The notes under the pieces are model-generated. The model ran no database searches and had not been told where the DNA came from. It worked only from the letters and a program-made list of their open reading frames with translations. From Mollicutes bacterium Phil14 (GTDB lineage Bacteria; Bacillota_I; Bacilli_A; ML615J-28; CAG-698): a stretch of DNA of 64,000 bases. The stretch covers positions 148,446 through 212,445 of the forward strand of contig MSHB01000021.1 of the NCBI GenBank assembly GCA_001940985.1, given 5' to 3'. Each line of letters starts with the position of its first letter. The stretch's first letter is position 1. Shown piece by piece: positions 29,005 to 38,447 of the stretch. Made by a program: the position numbers and the translations under genes.

Positions 29005-29255
29005 GTAAATATTGTGAAAAGGAAGAGTACTAATAGTAGATTCGTAGAGATTAGTTGGCTGGTGAAAAACTAAATGATGCTATTAAGAAGGTAGCCTTGG
29101 AGTAGATAAGATGAAATAACAGTAGTTTTATTCGTGTATAGAGCGTTAATCTATAAAGGAGCGCAAAGTGTTATACTTTGAACTAAGGTGGTACCGCGAA
29201 ATTTTCGTCCTTAGAAGATATCTAAATAAGAGTCTTTTAAGGACTTTTATTTTGA
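29005..29255 (+). promoter_or_regulatory. T-box riboswitch leader (tRNA-Val sensing) with terminator
   Basis: AGAGA in stem I; conserved T-box sequence AACTAAGGTGGTACCGCG at 29181-29198; terminator GTCCTTA...TAAGGAC + TTTTATTTT at 29207-29253. Confidence 0.85.
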
Positions 29256-29285
29256 GCAAAAATATTAGAAAGGAAAATTTTAAAA

Positions 29286-31919
29286 ATGAAGTTAAAAGAC
29301 TTATCAACAAAGTATGATTTTAAATCTGTTGAAGAAGGAAAATATAAGACTTGGGTTGAAAAAGGTTATTTCACAGCTGGTGATATTTCTAAAAAACCTT
29401 ATTGTATAGTTATTCCTCCACCAAACATCACAGGAAAGTTGCATGTGGGACATGTGCTTGATACAACATTGCAAGACATTATAATCAGACGTAAAAGAAT
29501 GCAAGGTTACGATGCTTTATATTTACCAGGAATGGATCATGCCTCAATTGCGACTCAAGCTAAAGTAGAAGCAGAACTTCGTAGTAAAGGTATCACTCGA
29601 TATGATTTGGGTAGAGATAAATTCTTAGAGTACTGCTGGGATTGGAAAAATAGATACGGTGGAATCATTCACGAACAATGGGAAAAAGTAGGTATTAGTG
29701 TAGACTATACTCGTGAAAGATTTACATTAGATGCTGGATTAAACAAAGCAGTTAACACAATATTTGTTAAAATGTATAATGAAGGTTTAATCTATCGTGG
29801 TGAAAAGATAATAAATTGGGATGTTCAAAGTAGAACAGCTTTATCTAATATAGAAGTTGAATATAAAGATATTGAAGGTGCATTCTATCATTTCATTTAT
29901 CCATTTGTTGATGGTGATGGTGGACTTGAAATTGCCACAACACGTCCTGAAACAATGTTTGCCGATCAAGCATTAATGGTTCATCCTAATGATAAAAGAT
30001 ATCAAAAATATATTGGCAGAAAAGTAATTATTCCTGGAACTGACATTACTATTCCAGTTATTAGTGATGAATATGTTGATATTGATTTTGGAACTGGTGT
30101 TGTTAAGGTTACTCCTGCTCATGATCCAAACGATTTTGAAGTAGGTATTAGACACAACTTAGATAGACCAATTTGTATGACTGAAGATGGTCATATGAAT
30201 GAAATGGCAGGAAAATATTGTGGAATGGATAGATTTGAATGCCGTAAAGCTGTTGTTAAAGATTTGCAAGAAGCTGGACTTTGTCCTAAAATAGAAAAAA
30301 TGATTCACTCAGTAGGTCATTCTGAAAGAACTGGAGTTATTGTTGAACCAAGACTTTCAAAACAATGGTTCGTTAAGATGAAACCTTTAGCTGATATGTT
30401 AATTGAATTCCAAAAGACTGAAAATAAAGTTAATTTTGTTCCTCAACGTTTTGAAAATACTTTATTACAATGGATGTATAATATTCAAGATTGGTGCATC
30501 AGTCGTCAACTATGGTGGGGACATCAAATTCCTGCTTGGTATAAGACTTTAGAAAATGGGGAAGAAGAGGTATATGTTGGAATGGAAGCACCGAGTGGAG
30601 ATGGTTGGCGTCGTGATGAAGATGCTTTAGACACTTGGTTCTCTAGTGGACTTTGGCCTTTTTCTACTTTAGGATGGCCTAGCGAAACTAGTGATTTAGC
30701 TAGATATTTCCCTACTGATACATTAGTAACAGGTTATGATATTATCCCATTCTGGGTAGCTAGAATGATGTTTACTTCTGAATATACATTAAATAAGGCA
30801 CCTTTTAAATATTGTTTAATCCATGGATTAATAAGAGATGAACTTGGTAGAAAAGTTTCTAAATCTTTAGGAAATGGTATTGATATCTTAGAAGCGTTTG
30901 CTAAGTATGGTGTAGATTCAATGAGATATTTCTTAACTACATCTTCAACTCCTGGTCAAGATATGCGTTATTCTACTGAAAAAATAGAAGCAAGTTGGAA
31001 TTATATTAATAAGATTTGGAATATATCTCGTTTTATTGGTTTGAACTTTGAAAATGCTAATTATCAAAATGAAGAAATAAATTCTGAATTATTAACAGAT
31101 GTTGATAAATGGATTTTATATAAATTAAATGAAACTATTAAAGTAGCTGATTATAACTTTGAAAAATTTGAATTTGGTGAAGCAAGCAAAGCTATTTATA
31201 AGTTTACATGGACTGATTTTGCTAGTTGGTATCTAGAAATGACAAAAGTTGTTTTAAATGATGAAAATCAAAAACAAGAACTTAAGATTAATACATGTGC
31301 CGTTTTGAAATACTGTTTAACAGCAATTCTTAAGTTGTTACATCCATTTATGCCTTTCTTTACTGAAGAAATATATCAAATGTATAATGAAGGTAGCATA
31401 GTTGTTAGTAGTTGGCCAACTGTTAATCCTAACTATGATTTCTCAGAAGCATCAAAAATTGAAGTGTTGTTTGAAATAATTACTGCTGTTAGAAATATTC
31501 GTGTTTCTAAAAATGTTGCTAATAGTAAGCAAATTGATTTAATATTACAAGCAAAAGAACAAGATATTATTAATGTATTAGAGAAATCAAAAAATATTTT
31601 ACAAAGATTCACTAATTTTAACACTTTAAATATCGCAAGTGGTGAAGTTGAAAAGAAGAGAAGTATGGTTGAAGTATTTAGTGATGTAACTGTTGTTGTT
31701 CCTCTTGATACTTTAGTTAATGTAGCTGATGAAATAAAGAAATTAGAAGAAGCTAAGAAAAAGATGATTAATGAGATTGCTAGATGTAAAGGAATGTTAT
31801 CTAATGTTAATTTCACTTCAAAAGCTCCAAAAGAGAAAGTTGCAGCTGAACAAGAAAAATTAGATAATTATGAAAAACAATTAAGCGAAATAGAAAAATC
31901 TATTAAGGAATTACAATAA
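29286..31919 (+). CDS. valS: valine--tRNA ligase
   Basis: 877 aa; HIGH (PNITGKLHVGH) and KMSKS (KVSKS) motifs; C-terminal coiled coil. Confidence 0.95.
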   Translation: MKLKDLSTKYDFKSVEEGKYKTWVEKGYFTAGDISKKPYCIVIPPPNITGKLHVGHVLDTTLQDIIIRRKRMQGYDALYLPGMDHASIATQAKVEAELRSKGITRYDLGRDKFLEYCWDWKNRYGGIIHEQWEKVGISVDYTRERFTLDAGLNKAVNTIFVKMYNEGLIYRGEKIINWDVQSRTALSNIEVEYKDIEGAFYHFIYPFVDGDGGLEIATTRPETMFADQALMVHPNDKRYQKYIGRKVIIPGTDITIPVISDEYVDIDFGTGVVKVTPAHDPNDFEVGIRHNLDRPICMTEDGHMNEMAGKYCGMDRFECRKAVVKDLQEAGLCPKIEKMIHSVGHSERTGVIVEPRLSKQWFVKMKPLADMLIEFQKTENKVNFVPQRFENTLLQWMYNIQDWCISRQLWWGHQIPAWYKTLENGEEEVYVGMEAPSGDGWRRDEDALDTWFSSGLWPFSTLGWPSETSDLARYFPTDTLVTGYDIIPFWVARMMFTSEYTLNKAPFKYCLIHGLIRDELGRKVSKSLGNGIDILEAFAKYGVDSMRYFLTTSSTPGQDMRYSTEKIEASWNYINKIWNISRFIGLNFENANYQNEEINSELLTDVDKWILYKLNETIKVADYNFEKFEFGEASKAIYKFTWTDFASWYLEMTKVVLNDENQKQELKINTCAVLKYCLTAILKLLHPFMPFFTEEIYQMYNEGSIVVSSWPTVNPNYDFSEASKIEVLFEIITAVRNIRVSKNVANSKQIDLILQAKEQDIINVLEKSKNILQRFTNFNTLNIASGEVEKKRSMVEVFSDVTVVVPLDTLVNVADEIKKLEEAKKKMINEIARCKGMLSNVNFTSKAPKEKVAAEQEKLDNYEKQLSEIEKSIKELQ

Positions 31920-31920
31920 T

Positions 31921-32343
31921 ATGCTTAGAAATAACGAATCTAGATATAGTCAAATTAATGATGTTATAGATATGGTGAATAATAAAAAAGATGATTTTGA
32001 CTATTCATTAGCCTTAGAATATATGGGAAATAATGAAAAAGTTCTTATGAATATAATTAGTTCATTTTTGAGTTATAATAAAGATTCAATATCATTAATG
32101 AAAGAGTATTTAATAAAAAATGATGGTAAAGAATTATTTGCAATATTTCATCATTTCAAAGGAGTTTCACTAAATTTGGGTTCGAGAATTATGTGCTCAT
32201 TTTCTGATTATTTATGTGAAAAGTTTAGATATAAACAAAATGAGTCAATTGATACTACAACAATAGAAGAAATAAAATTATATATTGAATTTTGCAATAT
32301 TCTTTTTGCAAAATTAGAAAGTGTAAGAAATGAACATAAATAA
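31921..32343 (+). CDS. standalone Hpt (histidine phosphotransfer)-like domain protein
   Basis: 140 aa; Hpt signature around the putative phospho-His: IFHHFKGVSLNLGSRI (cf. HxxKGxSxxxG); starts 1 nt after the valS stop and overlaps folC by 14 nt. Confidence 0.4.
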   Translation: MLRNNESRYSQINDVIDMVNNKKDDFDYSLALEYMGNNEKVLMNIISSFLSYNKDSISLMKEYLIKNDGKELFAIFHHFKGVSLNLGSRIMCSFSDYLCEKFRYKQNESIDTTTIEEIKLYIEFCNILFAKLESVRNEHK

Positions 32344-33601
32344 CATATCAGAAATGGTAGATTATATTCAAACTCGTAAAAGAACAGAAAAAAAAGTATC
32401 ATTAGACAGAATGAAAGCTTTCTGTTCTATTTGCGGGAACCCACAAGTAGGTATAAAATATATTCATGTTGGTGGAACTAATGGTAAAGGCTCAGTGGTG
32501 TCATTCCTTAAAAATATTTTATTAAAACAAGGATTTCATGTTGGGGCTTATATTTCTCCATATGTTGTGTGTTTTAATGAAAGAATTTCTTTTGATGGAA
32601 AATATATAAGTGATGAAGAAATACTTTATTTTGGAAATTTAATTATTTCAAAACAAGAGGATTTTAATCGTGCAAATTTGCCTCAGCCTACATTTTTTGA
32701 ATTTGTTACATTGATGGCCTTTTTATATTTTAAAAGTAAGAAGGATTTAGATTATGTAATATTAGAAGTTGGCTTAGGTGGCTTACTAGATTGCACTAAC
32801 ATCATAACTCCCCTTGTATCTGTTATAAGTAATGTTTCATATGACCATATGAATGTACTTGGAGATACTTTAGAAGAAATTGCTAGTAATAAATTAGGAA
32901 TTGTAAAGGAAAATAATTATTTAGTGACTTTAGATAATAAAGAGCTTAATAAGCTGTTTATTGAAAAGTGCAAAGAAAAAAATGCAAAATTAATTCTTGT
33001 TAAAAAAGAAGATATTAAAAATGTTTCTATAAATGATAATCTAATGACTTTCACTTATAAAGATTATTATGTTAAAAGCAAACTTTTAGGTTTATATCAA
33101 ACAGAAAATATTGCTATTAGTATTGAAACTATTGAACTTTTAAATAGATTAAAAGAGTTTACGATTTCTAAAGAAACAATTTTATCTGGTATTAGTGAAA
33201 CATTTTGGCCCGGAAGATTTCAAGTGGTTAATCAAAGGCCATTAATAGTAATAGACGGAGCTCATAATATTGATGGAATCACAAGATTGTGTGAAACAAT
33301 TAAGAAAATAAAAGAAGATCGAAAGGTGACAATAATTTTTGCTGTTTCTAAAGATAAAGAAAAAGAAGTTATGATAAAGAAATTATCTGAGATTGCTGAT
33401 AGTTTTTACTTTTCATCTTTCAATTACAAAAGAAGTGATGACCCACAATTATTAATGAATCTAGCTACATTTACTAATAAAATGATTTTAGATGATTTAG
33501 ATGAGTTTATTAATAAAATAAGATCTTTAAATAGTGATGAAATATATGTGTTCTGTGGAAGCTTATATTTTGTTAGTGAACTATTACCAAAATTTAAATA
33601 A
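32330..33601 (+). CDS. folC: folylpolyglutamate synthase / dihydrofolate synthase
   Basis: Mur-ligase-family P-loop GGTNGKGS; valS-folC synteny. Confidence 0.85.
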   Translation: MNINNISEMVDYIQTRKRTEKKVSLDRMKAFCSICGNPQVGIKYIHVGGTNGKGSVVSFLKNILLKQGFHVGAYISPYVVCFNERISFDGKYISDEEILYFGNLIISKQEDFNRANLPQPTFFEFVTLMAFLYFKSKKDLDYVILEVGLGGLLDCTNIITPLVSVISNVSYDHMNVLGDTLEEIASNKLGIVKENNYLVTLDNKELNKLFIEKCKEKNAKLILVKKEDIKNVSINDNLMTFTYKDYYVKSKLLGLYQTENIAISIETIELLNRLKEFTISKETILSGISETFWPGRFQVVNQRPLIVIDGAHNIDGITRLCETIKKIKEDRKVTIIFAVSKDKEKEVMIKKLSEIADSFYFSSFNYKRSDDPQLLMNLATFTNKMILDDLDEFINKIRSLNSDEIYVFCGSLYFVSELLPKFK

Positions 33602-33608
33602 TATGTAA

Positions 33609-33645
33609 GAACAGAAAAAAAGTTTTCTGTTCTTTTTTTTGACAT
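33609..33645 (+). terminator. Rho-independent terminator after folC
   Basis: AGAACAGAAAAAAAGTTTTCTGTTCT + T8. Confidence 0.65.
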
Positions 33646-33688
33646 CTTTTTTCTTTTTGTTGTAATAAAATAATGTCGAGGTGATGTT

Positions 33689-34300
33689 ATGAAGAAAATT
33701 GCAAGAAGAGATTTTGATGTTGTTGGAATATTACTGGGAGTGATAGTTGGAATACTAATCGGATATTTTATTAGTACAAAATTAATAAAAGATGACATCC
33801 CAGCAAGCGGTGAAGTCACTAATGAAAATCAAGTTGGTTATGTGTATTTATTGCAATTAGCAAAATTTGATAATCCTGAAGGAGCCTTAAATTATTCTAA
33901 AAATCTTAAAAAAAGTGATATTTATACTGAAGTAGTTTATGATAATGGATATTATTTTATTTATGGAGCAATAAGTAATTCAAGCGAAGGCTTAGAATTG
34001 AAAAAAGCAGTTTTAGAGGCCAAGGGATATTCCACATTGGTAAAAAAAGAATATATTTTAGATAAAGCTAATAGAGTATTAGACGATAATGAAAAATATG
34101 ATTTTTGGTCTGAAGGTATAAATAATTTGTTGAAATCATTAAATAATGAAGAAATAATTATAAGTGATAAGTATTATGCTAATCCTGTTGATTTGGAGTT
34201 CTTTTCAACAATCACTATTTTAAAATCAATACAAAATGAAGAAATAAAAGAAAAAGTCAAATTGCAAGCATATCGAATGATTTGTGAAAACTTATTATAA
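33689..34300 (+). CDS. membrane-anchored SPOR-domain protein (DedD-like position after folC)
   Basis: N-terminal TM; SPOR-like region YVYLLQLAKFDNPEGALNYSKNL...YFIYGAISNSSEGLELKKAVLEAKGY. Confidence 0.5.
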   Translation: MKKIARRDFDVVGILLGVIVGILIGYFISTKLIKDDIPASGEVTNENQVGYVYLLQLAKFDNPEGALNYSKNLKKSDIYTEVVYDNGYYFIYGAISNSSEGLELKKAVLEAKGYSTLVKKEYILDKANRVLDDNEKYDFWSEGINNLLKSLNNEEIIISDKYYANPVDLEFFSTITILKSIQNEEIKEKVKLQAYRMICENLL

Positions 34301-34351
34301 CTATAAAAAACTAAAAAGACACTTTTGTTAATATTATATTAACGAGGTGGT

Positions 34352-35056
34352 TTGTTGAAAGAAAAAGAGAGAACTAATTATTTAGTAAAAGAATTACCAA
34401 TATCTTTACGTCCTCGTGAAAGGTTAGAAGAATTCGGAGCAGATAGTTTATCTGATGTGGAACTATTAGCAATTATAATTAGGTGTGGAACTGCTGATTT
34501 ATCAGCCATTTCAGTAGCCGAAAGTGTTTTACATGAGTTTGAAAATATAGGGACACTTACATCTGTTACAATAGAAGAACTGTGTAAAATCAAAGGAATA
34601 CACAAAGTGAAAGCAATAACTATCTTAGCCGCGTTAGAATTAGGAAAAAGAGTAGTAAATAATTTTCGAAAAAAAATAGGAACAATAAATAGACCATATG
34701 ATGCTTATATGTGCTTAAGAACATCAATGGAAAATCTTGATCACGAAGAGTTGGCTTGTATATTTTTAAATGTTAAATCAGAAATAATAAAGATTAAAAG
34801 AATTACTATTGGAACAGTTAACTCAACTTTGTTTGAAGTAAAGGATATATTGAAATGGGCTTTAAAATATTCTTCAAGTTATATCATTATAGCTCATAAC
34901 CATCCTTCTGGTGATGTTCGACCTAGTGAAAATGATAAAATTGTAACTGATAAATTAATAAACGCAGCTAAGACCCTTGATATTAAGGTGATAGATCATA
35001 TAATAATTGGTAAAGATAATTATTATAGTTTTTTAGAAAACAAGTCTAAATATTAG
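34352..35056 (+). CDS. radC: RadC-family JAMM protein
   Basis: HNHPSG JAMM motif; HhH N-terminal region; probable TTG start. Confidence 0.85.
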   Translation: MLKEKERTNYLVKELPISLRPRERLEEFGADSLSDVELLAIIIRCGTADLSAISVAESVLHEFENIGTLTSVTIEELCKIKGIHKVKAITILAALELGKRVVNNFRKKIGTINRPYDAYMCLRTSMENLDHEELACIFLNVKSEIIKIKRITIGTVNSTLFEVKDILKWALKYSSSYIIIAHNHPSGDVRPSENDKIVTDKLINAAKTLDIKVIDHIIIGKDNYYSFLENKSKY

Positions 35057-35075
35057 TAATTAATCATATTATTAG

Positions 35076-35651
35076 ATGGTGATGAAAATGAAAGATAAAA
35101 GTATGCAAACTAATGAAATGAGTTATTTCGATAAATTTTTGTACAAGTTGTTTATTGGATTTTTATTGTTATTAGCTATAGTATTGTTAGATTATTTTAA
35201 TGTTGTCTCATATGATAAAGTTAAAAATAATATGAGCGAACATTTTAATGTTTTGAAAGTAGTAAAAAAGATTAATGGTAATACAAAAATCATACCAATT
35301 GAATTTGATGATAGTATTGTTGTTAGTAGCGATATTTATCAAAAACATCATTTGTCAAATGATAAATATTATATAGATTTACTAGATTATGAAGCTGTAG
35401 AGAATTATTCATTAGGAGTAGTAACAAGCATTAAAAAAAGTAAAGATAACACATATAGTGTTAAAATATTAGCAGAAGATGGAGTTATGTACTTATATGA
35501 AGAGTTAGAAAGTATTGATTGTCATTTGTACCAATGTGTTAATACTAAAGAAATAATTGGTAAAGCAAGTTATGATAAAGGAAATAAAACAAATTATTTT
35601 TATTTTTCAGCTTTTGATAATGGGGAATTCATAAAGATATATGGCGATTAG
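35076..35651 (+). CDS. SpoIVFA-like membrane protein with degenerate M23/LytM-like C-terminal domain
   Basis: N-terminal TM; C-terminal degenerate LytM-like region; immediately upstream of an M50 site-2 protease. Confidence 0.4.
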   Translation: MVMKMKDKSMQTNEMSYFDKFLYKLFIGFLLLLAIVLLDYFNVVSYDKVKNNMSEHFNVLKVVKKINGNTKIIPIEFDDSIVVSSDIYQKHHLSNDKYYIDLLDYEAVENYSLGVVTSIKKSKDNTYSVKILAEDGVMYLYEELESIDCHLYQCVNTKEIIGKASYDKGNKTNYFYFSAFDNGEFIKIYGD

Positions 35652-35659
35652 GTAAAAAG

Positions 35660-36280
35660 ATGTTGAAAATCAATATTCATTATTCTTTTTTATTCTTAAT
35701 ATTGATTGGGTTATTTGCTGGTAGAATTGTTGAAATTTTGATTTTCATTTTAATAATTCTATTACATGAATTATCCCATGCAATAACTGCTTTATTATTA
35801 GGTAAAAAAGTTAAAAAAATTACAATTACTATGATAGGTGGAGTTGTGGAAATAAAAGGACATTACTCTACTTTTTTAAAGGAATTTTTAATTAACATTA
35901 GTGGTATATTAATGAATATATTTTTATTAATTATCGCTAAAAATATTAAAGATATGTATTATCAAAAATTAATTGTTGATTTTAATCGTTTGATGATATT
36001 AATTAATGTTTTACCAATATATCCATTAGATGGTTTTAGACTAATAGATGATATTGTATATAGTTATTATAGTAGTTATAAAGCGATGAAAATCATAAAT
36101 TTAATGTCGCTTATTTTTTCGTTTTTGTTTTTATTGATTGGAATTTATGAAAAAAGTGGAGGGCTAATAATGATTGCTTTTTTCTTGATTTTAAAGAATT
36201 TAGGGCTAAAATTTCGCCAGGAAACACGTTTTATTCAAAAAGAAGTTAGTTATTACCAAAACAAATTATTAACAAATTAA
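35660..36280 (+). CDS. site-2 protease (M50 family), SpoIVFB-like
   Basis: HELSH zinc motif in TM helix and LDG motif (PIYPLDGFRL); multi-TM; pro-sigma-K is present elsewhere in the window. Confidence 0.7.
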   Translation: MLKINIHYSFLFLILIGLFAGRIVEILIFILIILLHELSHAITALLLGKKVKKITITMIGGVVEIKGHYSTFLKEFLINISGILMNIFLLIIAKNIKDMYYQKLIVDFNRLMILINVLPIYPLDGFRLIDDIVYSYYSSYKAMKIINLMSLIFSFLFLLIGIYEKSGGLIMIAFFLILKNLGLKFRQETRFIQKEVSYYQNKLLTN

Positions 36281-36334
36281 GGCAAATTTGGTATAATTAT
36301 TACTAGAAATAATAAGATTCGGAGCACTATTATT

Positions 36335-37030
36335 ATGCAAAATAAAAAAAGAAACAATTTAGAATTAGATTATTATCTAGATGATGAGTTATATAAAATA
36401 ATAGTTAAGTATACTTCTAAAACTAAAAAAACTTATCGAATGAAAATGACAATTGATAAGAAAATTGAAATGAGTATTTATAAAGGTTATGATATAAATA
36501 CAATTATTAAGTTCTTAGATAAGAATAGCGATTGGATAAAATCATCATCAGCTAAATTTGATAAATATATTGATTATTTAAATGATACTTTAGGAATTGA
36601 TATTAGTGAACTATTAAATGCAAAGTCATATCTTTATTTAGGTAAGATTTATGAAAATAATGGTAATGGTTTTAATTATGGATTGTTTTTAGAAGAAAAA
36701 GAAAAGAAAGAAAAAGTTTTGACTAATTTATATAAATTGAAAACTTTTGACTTAGATAATCCTCCAAACTTAGTAATAAAAAAACTAAAAGGGAAATGGG
36801 GATCATATAATAGAGTTAAACATGAAATAACATTAAATTTGTATTTGCTTATTTTTGATGTGGAAATGATAAACTATGTTATAGATCATGAATTAATACA
36901 TATTAAAGTTTTTAATCATAGTAAAAACTTTTATTATGAGTTATCTAAACGTTGTCCAAATTATAAAAAAATAAAAGAAAAGATGAAAATTTTATCTTTG
37001 GTAAGTGAAAGATTAGTTGCTTTAAAATAG
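36335..37030 (+). CDS. YgjP/DUF45-family metal-dependent hydrolase
   Basis: WGSYN...INYVIDHELIHIKVFNHSKNFY (HExxH-type DUF45 signature). Confidence 0.6.
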   Translation: MQNKKRNNLELDYYLDDELYKIIVKYTSKTKKTYRMKMTIDKKIEMSIYKGYDINTIIKFLDKNSDWIKSSSAKFDKYIDYLNDTLGIDISELLNAKSYLYLGKIYENNGNGFNYGLFLEEKEKKEKVLTNLYKLKTFDLDNPPNLVIKKLKGKWGSYNRVKHEITLNLYLLIFDVEMINYVIDHELIHIKVFNHSKNFYYELSKRCPNYKKIKEKMKILSLVSERLVALK

Positions 37031-37151
37031 CAACTTTTTTTGATGTATATTAGTAGCGCTAAAAAGTCGCGATTTATTTCAAATTAAACATCTTTAAATT
37101 TGGTTAAAAAAGTGTTAAAATCACATTGACTAAAGGTATAAGGAGGTTTGT

Positions 37152-38405
37152 ATGCTAACAAAATTTGATAAGTTTATAGCAAGTATTAAAGAAGAAAAAA
37201 TTAGTCACGTTTATGAAGATTATTCAGCGTATACGCAAATAATCAAAAATGAGAGAATCAGAAGAAATCAAACATTAGAAACTATGGCCAAGGGGATTTG
37301 CAGTGTGAGTTATTTAAGCAAACTTGAAAACAATGCGATTAAACCTAGTGAAGATTATGTAAGAGCGTTATTAGAAAGAGTAAATATTAATTATGATGAT
37401 ATTGCGAAAAATAATTATGATACAGAAATTTTAGAAGTTGTTAAATTATATTTTTATGGAAATACAGAAGAAATTAAAAAAATTTATGATAGACTTTACA
37501 ATGGTTTGTTTGATGCCCGTATTTCAATGATAAAGTGTTTTTATTTATTGAGTCAAAACGATTTCGAAGAATTTTTTGAGATTATTGAACAAATTGATGA
37601 AATTAAAAACTCATTAGTAGGATATCAAACAATTATATTGGTGTTTTTAGTTAGTGAATATTATAAAAAGGTATCTAGATATAAGGAAAGTTATGATTAT
37701 TTATTGTGCTTAAGAGAATTGTCAATTGATAATTATGAATTGAAAATGCTGATTGAAGAAAATTATATGATATCTTCATTACATTTGTTGAAATTCACAG
37801 AAACATATAGAATTTATATTAACTATAAGATGAATGAAATGATAAGCTATCCTTTGATTAAAAAAATTAGAAATGATTTAATTGCTAAAATAGTGATTGG
37901 AAAAAGCGTTTATGATGAAGAAGAACTAGATGAACTTTTACTCCTTTCTCATTGTGTGGATGTAGATAAGGAATTGTGCTATTACATATGCTTAAATCAT
38001 GTGTTGAATGAAAATTATCATAAGGTAATTAAGATAATGGAAAGCAATAAGTTGTTATATAACGATGGCAAGTTTTTAGCACTATATGGTAAAGCAATAT
38101 ATCACTTACAAAAAGAAGAATTATATAAAAGTTTTTGTGAGCAAGTAGATAATATCATAAATAAAGGTGATAATCTTAAAGAAGTGGACAAATATTATTT
38201 ATCATTTCTTAAAATGACTATTTTTGGTGATGATTCATATGAGAATTTTGAATATTTGCGCTATACAGTTTTACCATATATTAATACTCATAGTCATATA
38301 ATTTATAATGCCGATTATGAGAAAAAATATGTTGATGCTTTAATGAGATTATCTAGATATAAAGAAGCTGCTAATCATTTATTAAATTTAATTGATAGAA
38401 CTTGA
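37152..38405 (+). CDS. XRE-HTH + TPR-like transcriptional regulator (RNPP/Rgg-like architecture), second copy
   Basis: Strong AAGGAGG RBS; HTH ETMAKGICSVSYLSKLENNAIKPS; 417 aa. Confidence 0.55.
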   Translation: MLTKFDKFIASIKEEKISHVYEDYSAYTQIIKNERIRRNQTLETMAKGICSVSYLSKLENNAIKPSEDYVRALLERVNINYDDIAKNNYDTEILEVVKLYFYGNTEEIKKIYDRLYNGLFDARISMIKCFYLLSQNDFEEFFEIIEQIDEIKNSLVGYQTIILVFLVSEYYKKVSRYKESYDYLLCLRELSIDNYELKMLIEENYMISSLHLLKFTETYRIYINYKMNEMISYPLIKKIRNDLIAKIVIGKSVYDEEELDELLLLSHCVDVDKELCYYICLNHVLNENYHKVIKIMESNKLLYNDGKFLALYGKAIYHLQKEELYKSFCEQVDNIINKGDNLKEVDKYYLSFLKMTIFGDDSYENFEYLRYTVLPYINTHSHIIYNADYEKKYVDALMRLSRYKEAANHLLNLIDRT

Positions 38406-38447
38406 AGAAAATAAAAAAATCATTTATAATATAATAGGTGATTAATA

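Noticed and set aside
29304-34605. Antisense/embedded ORFs 29304-29504, 29973-30155, 31433-31816, 32208-32402, 33424-33819, 34378-34605
   Set aside because: Same reasons: inside valS, folC, SPOR and radC coding regions on the opposite strand or an alternative frame.
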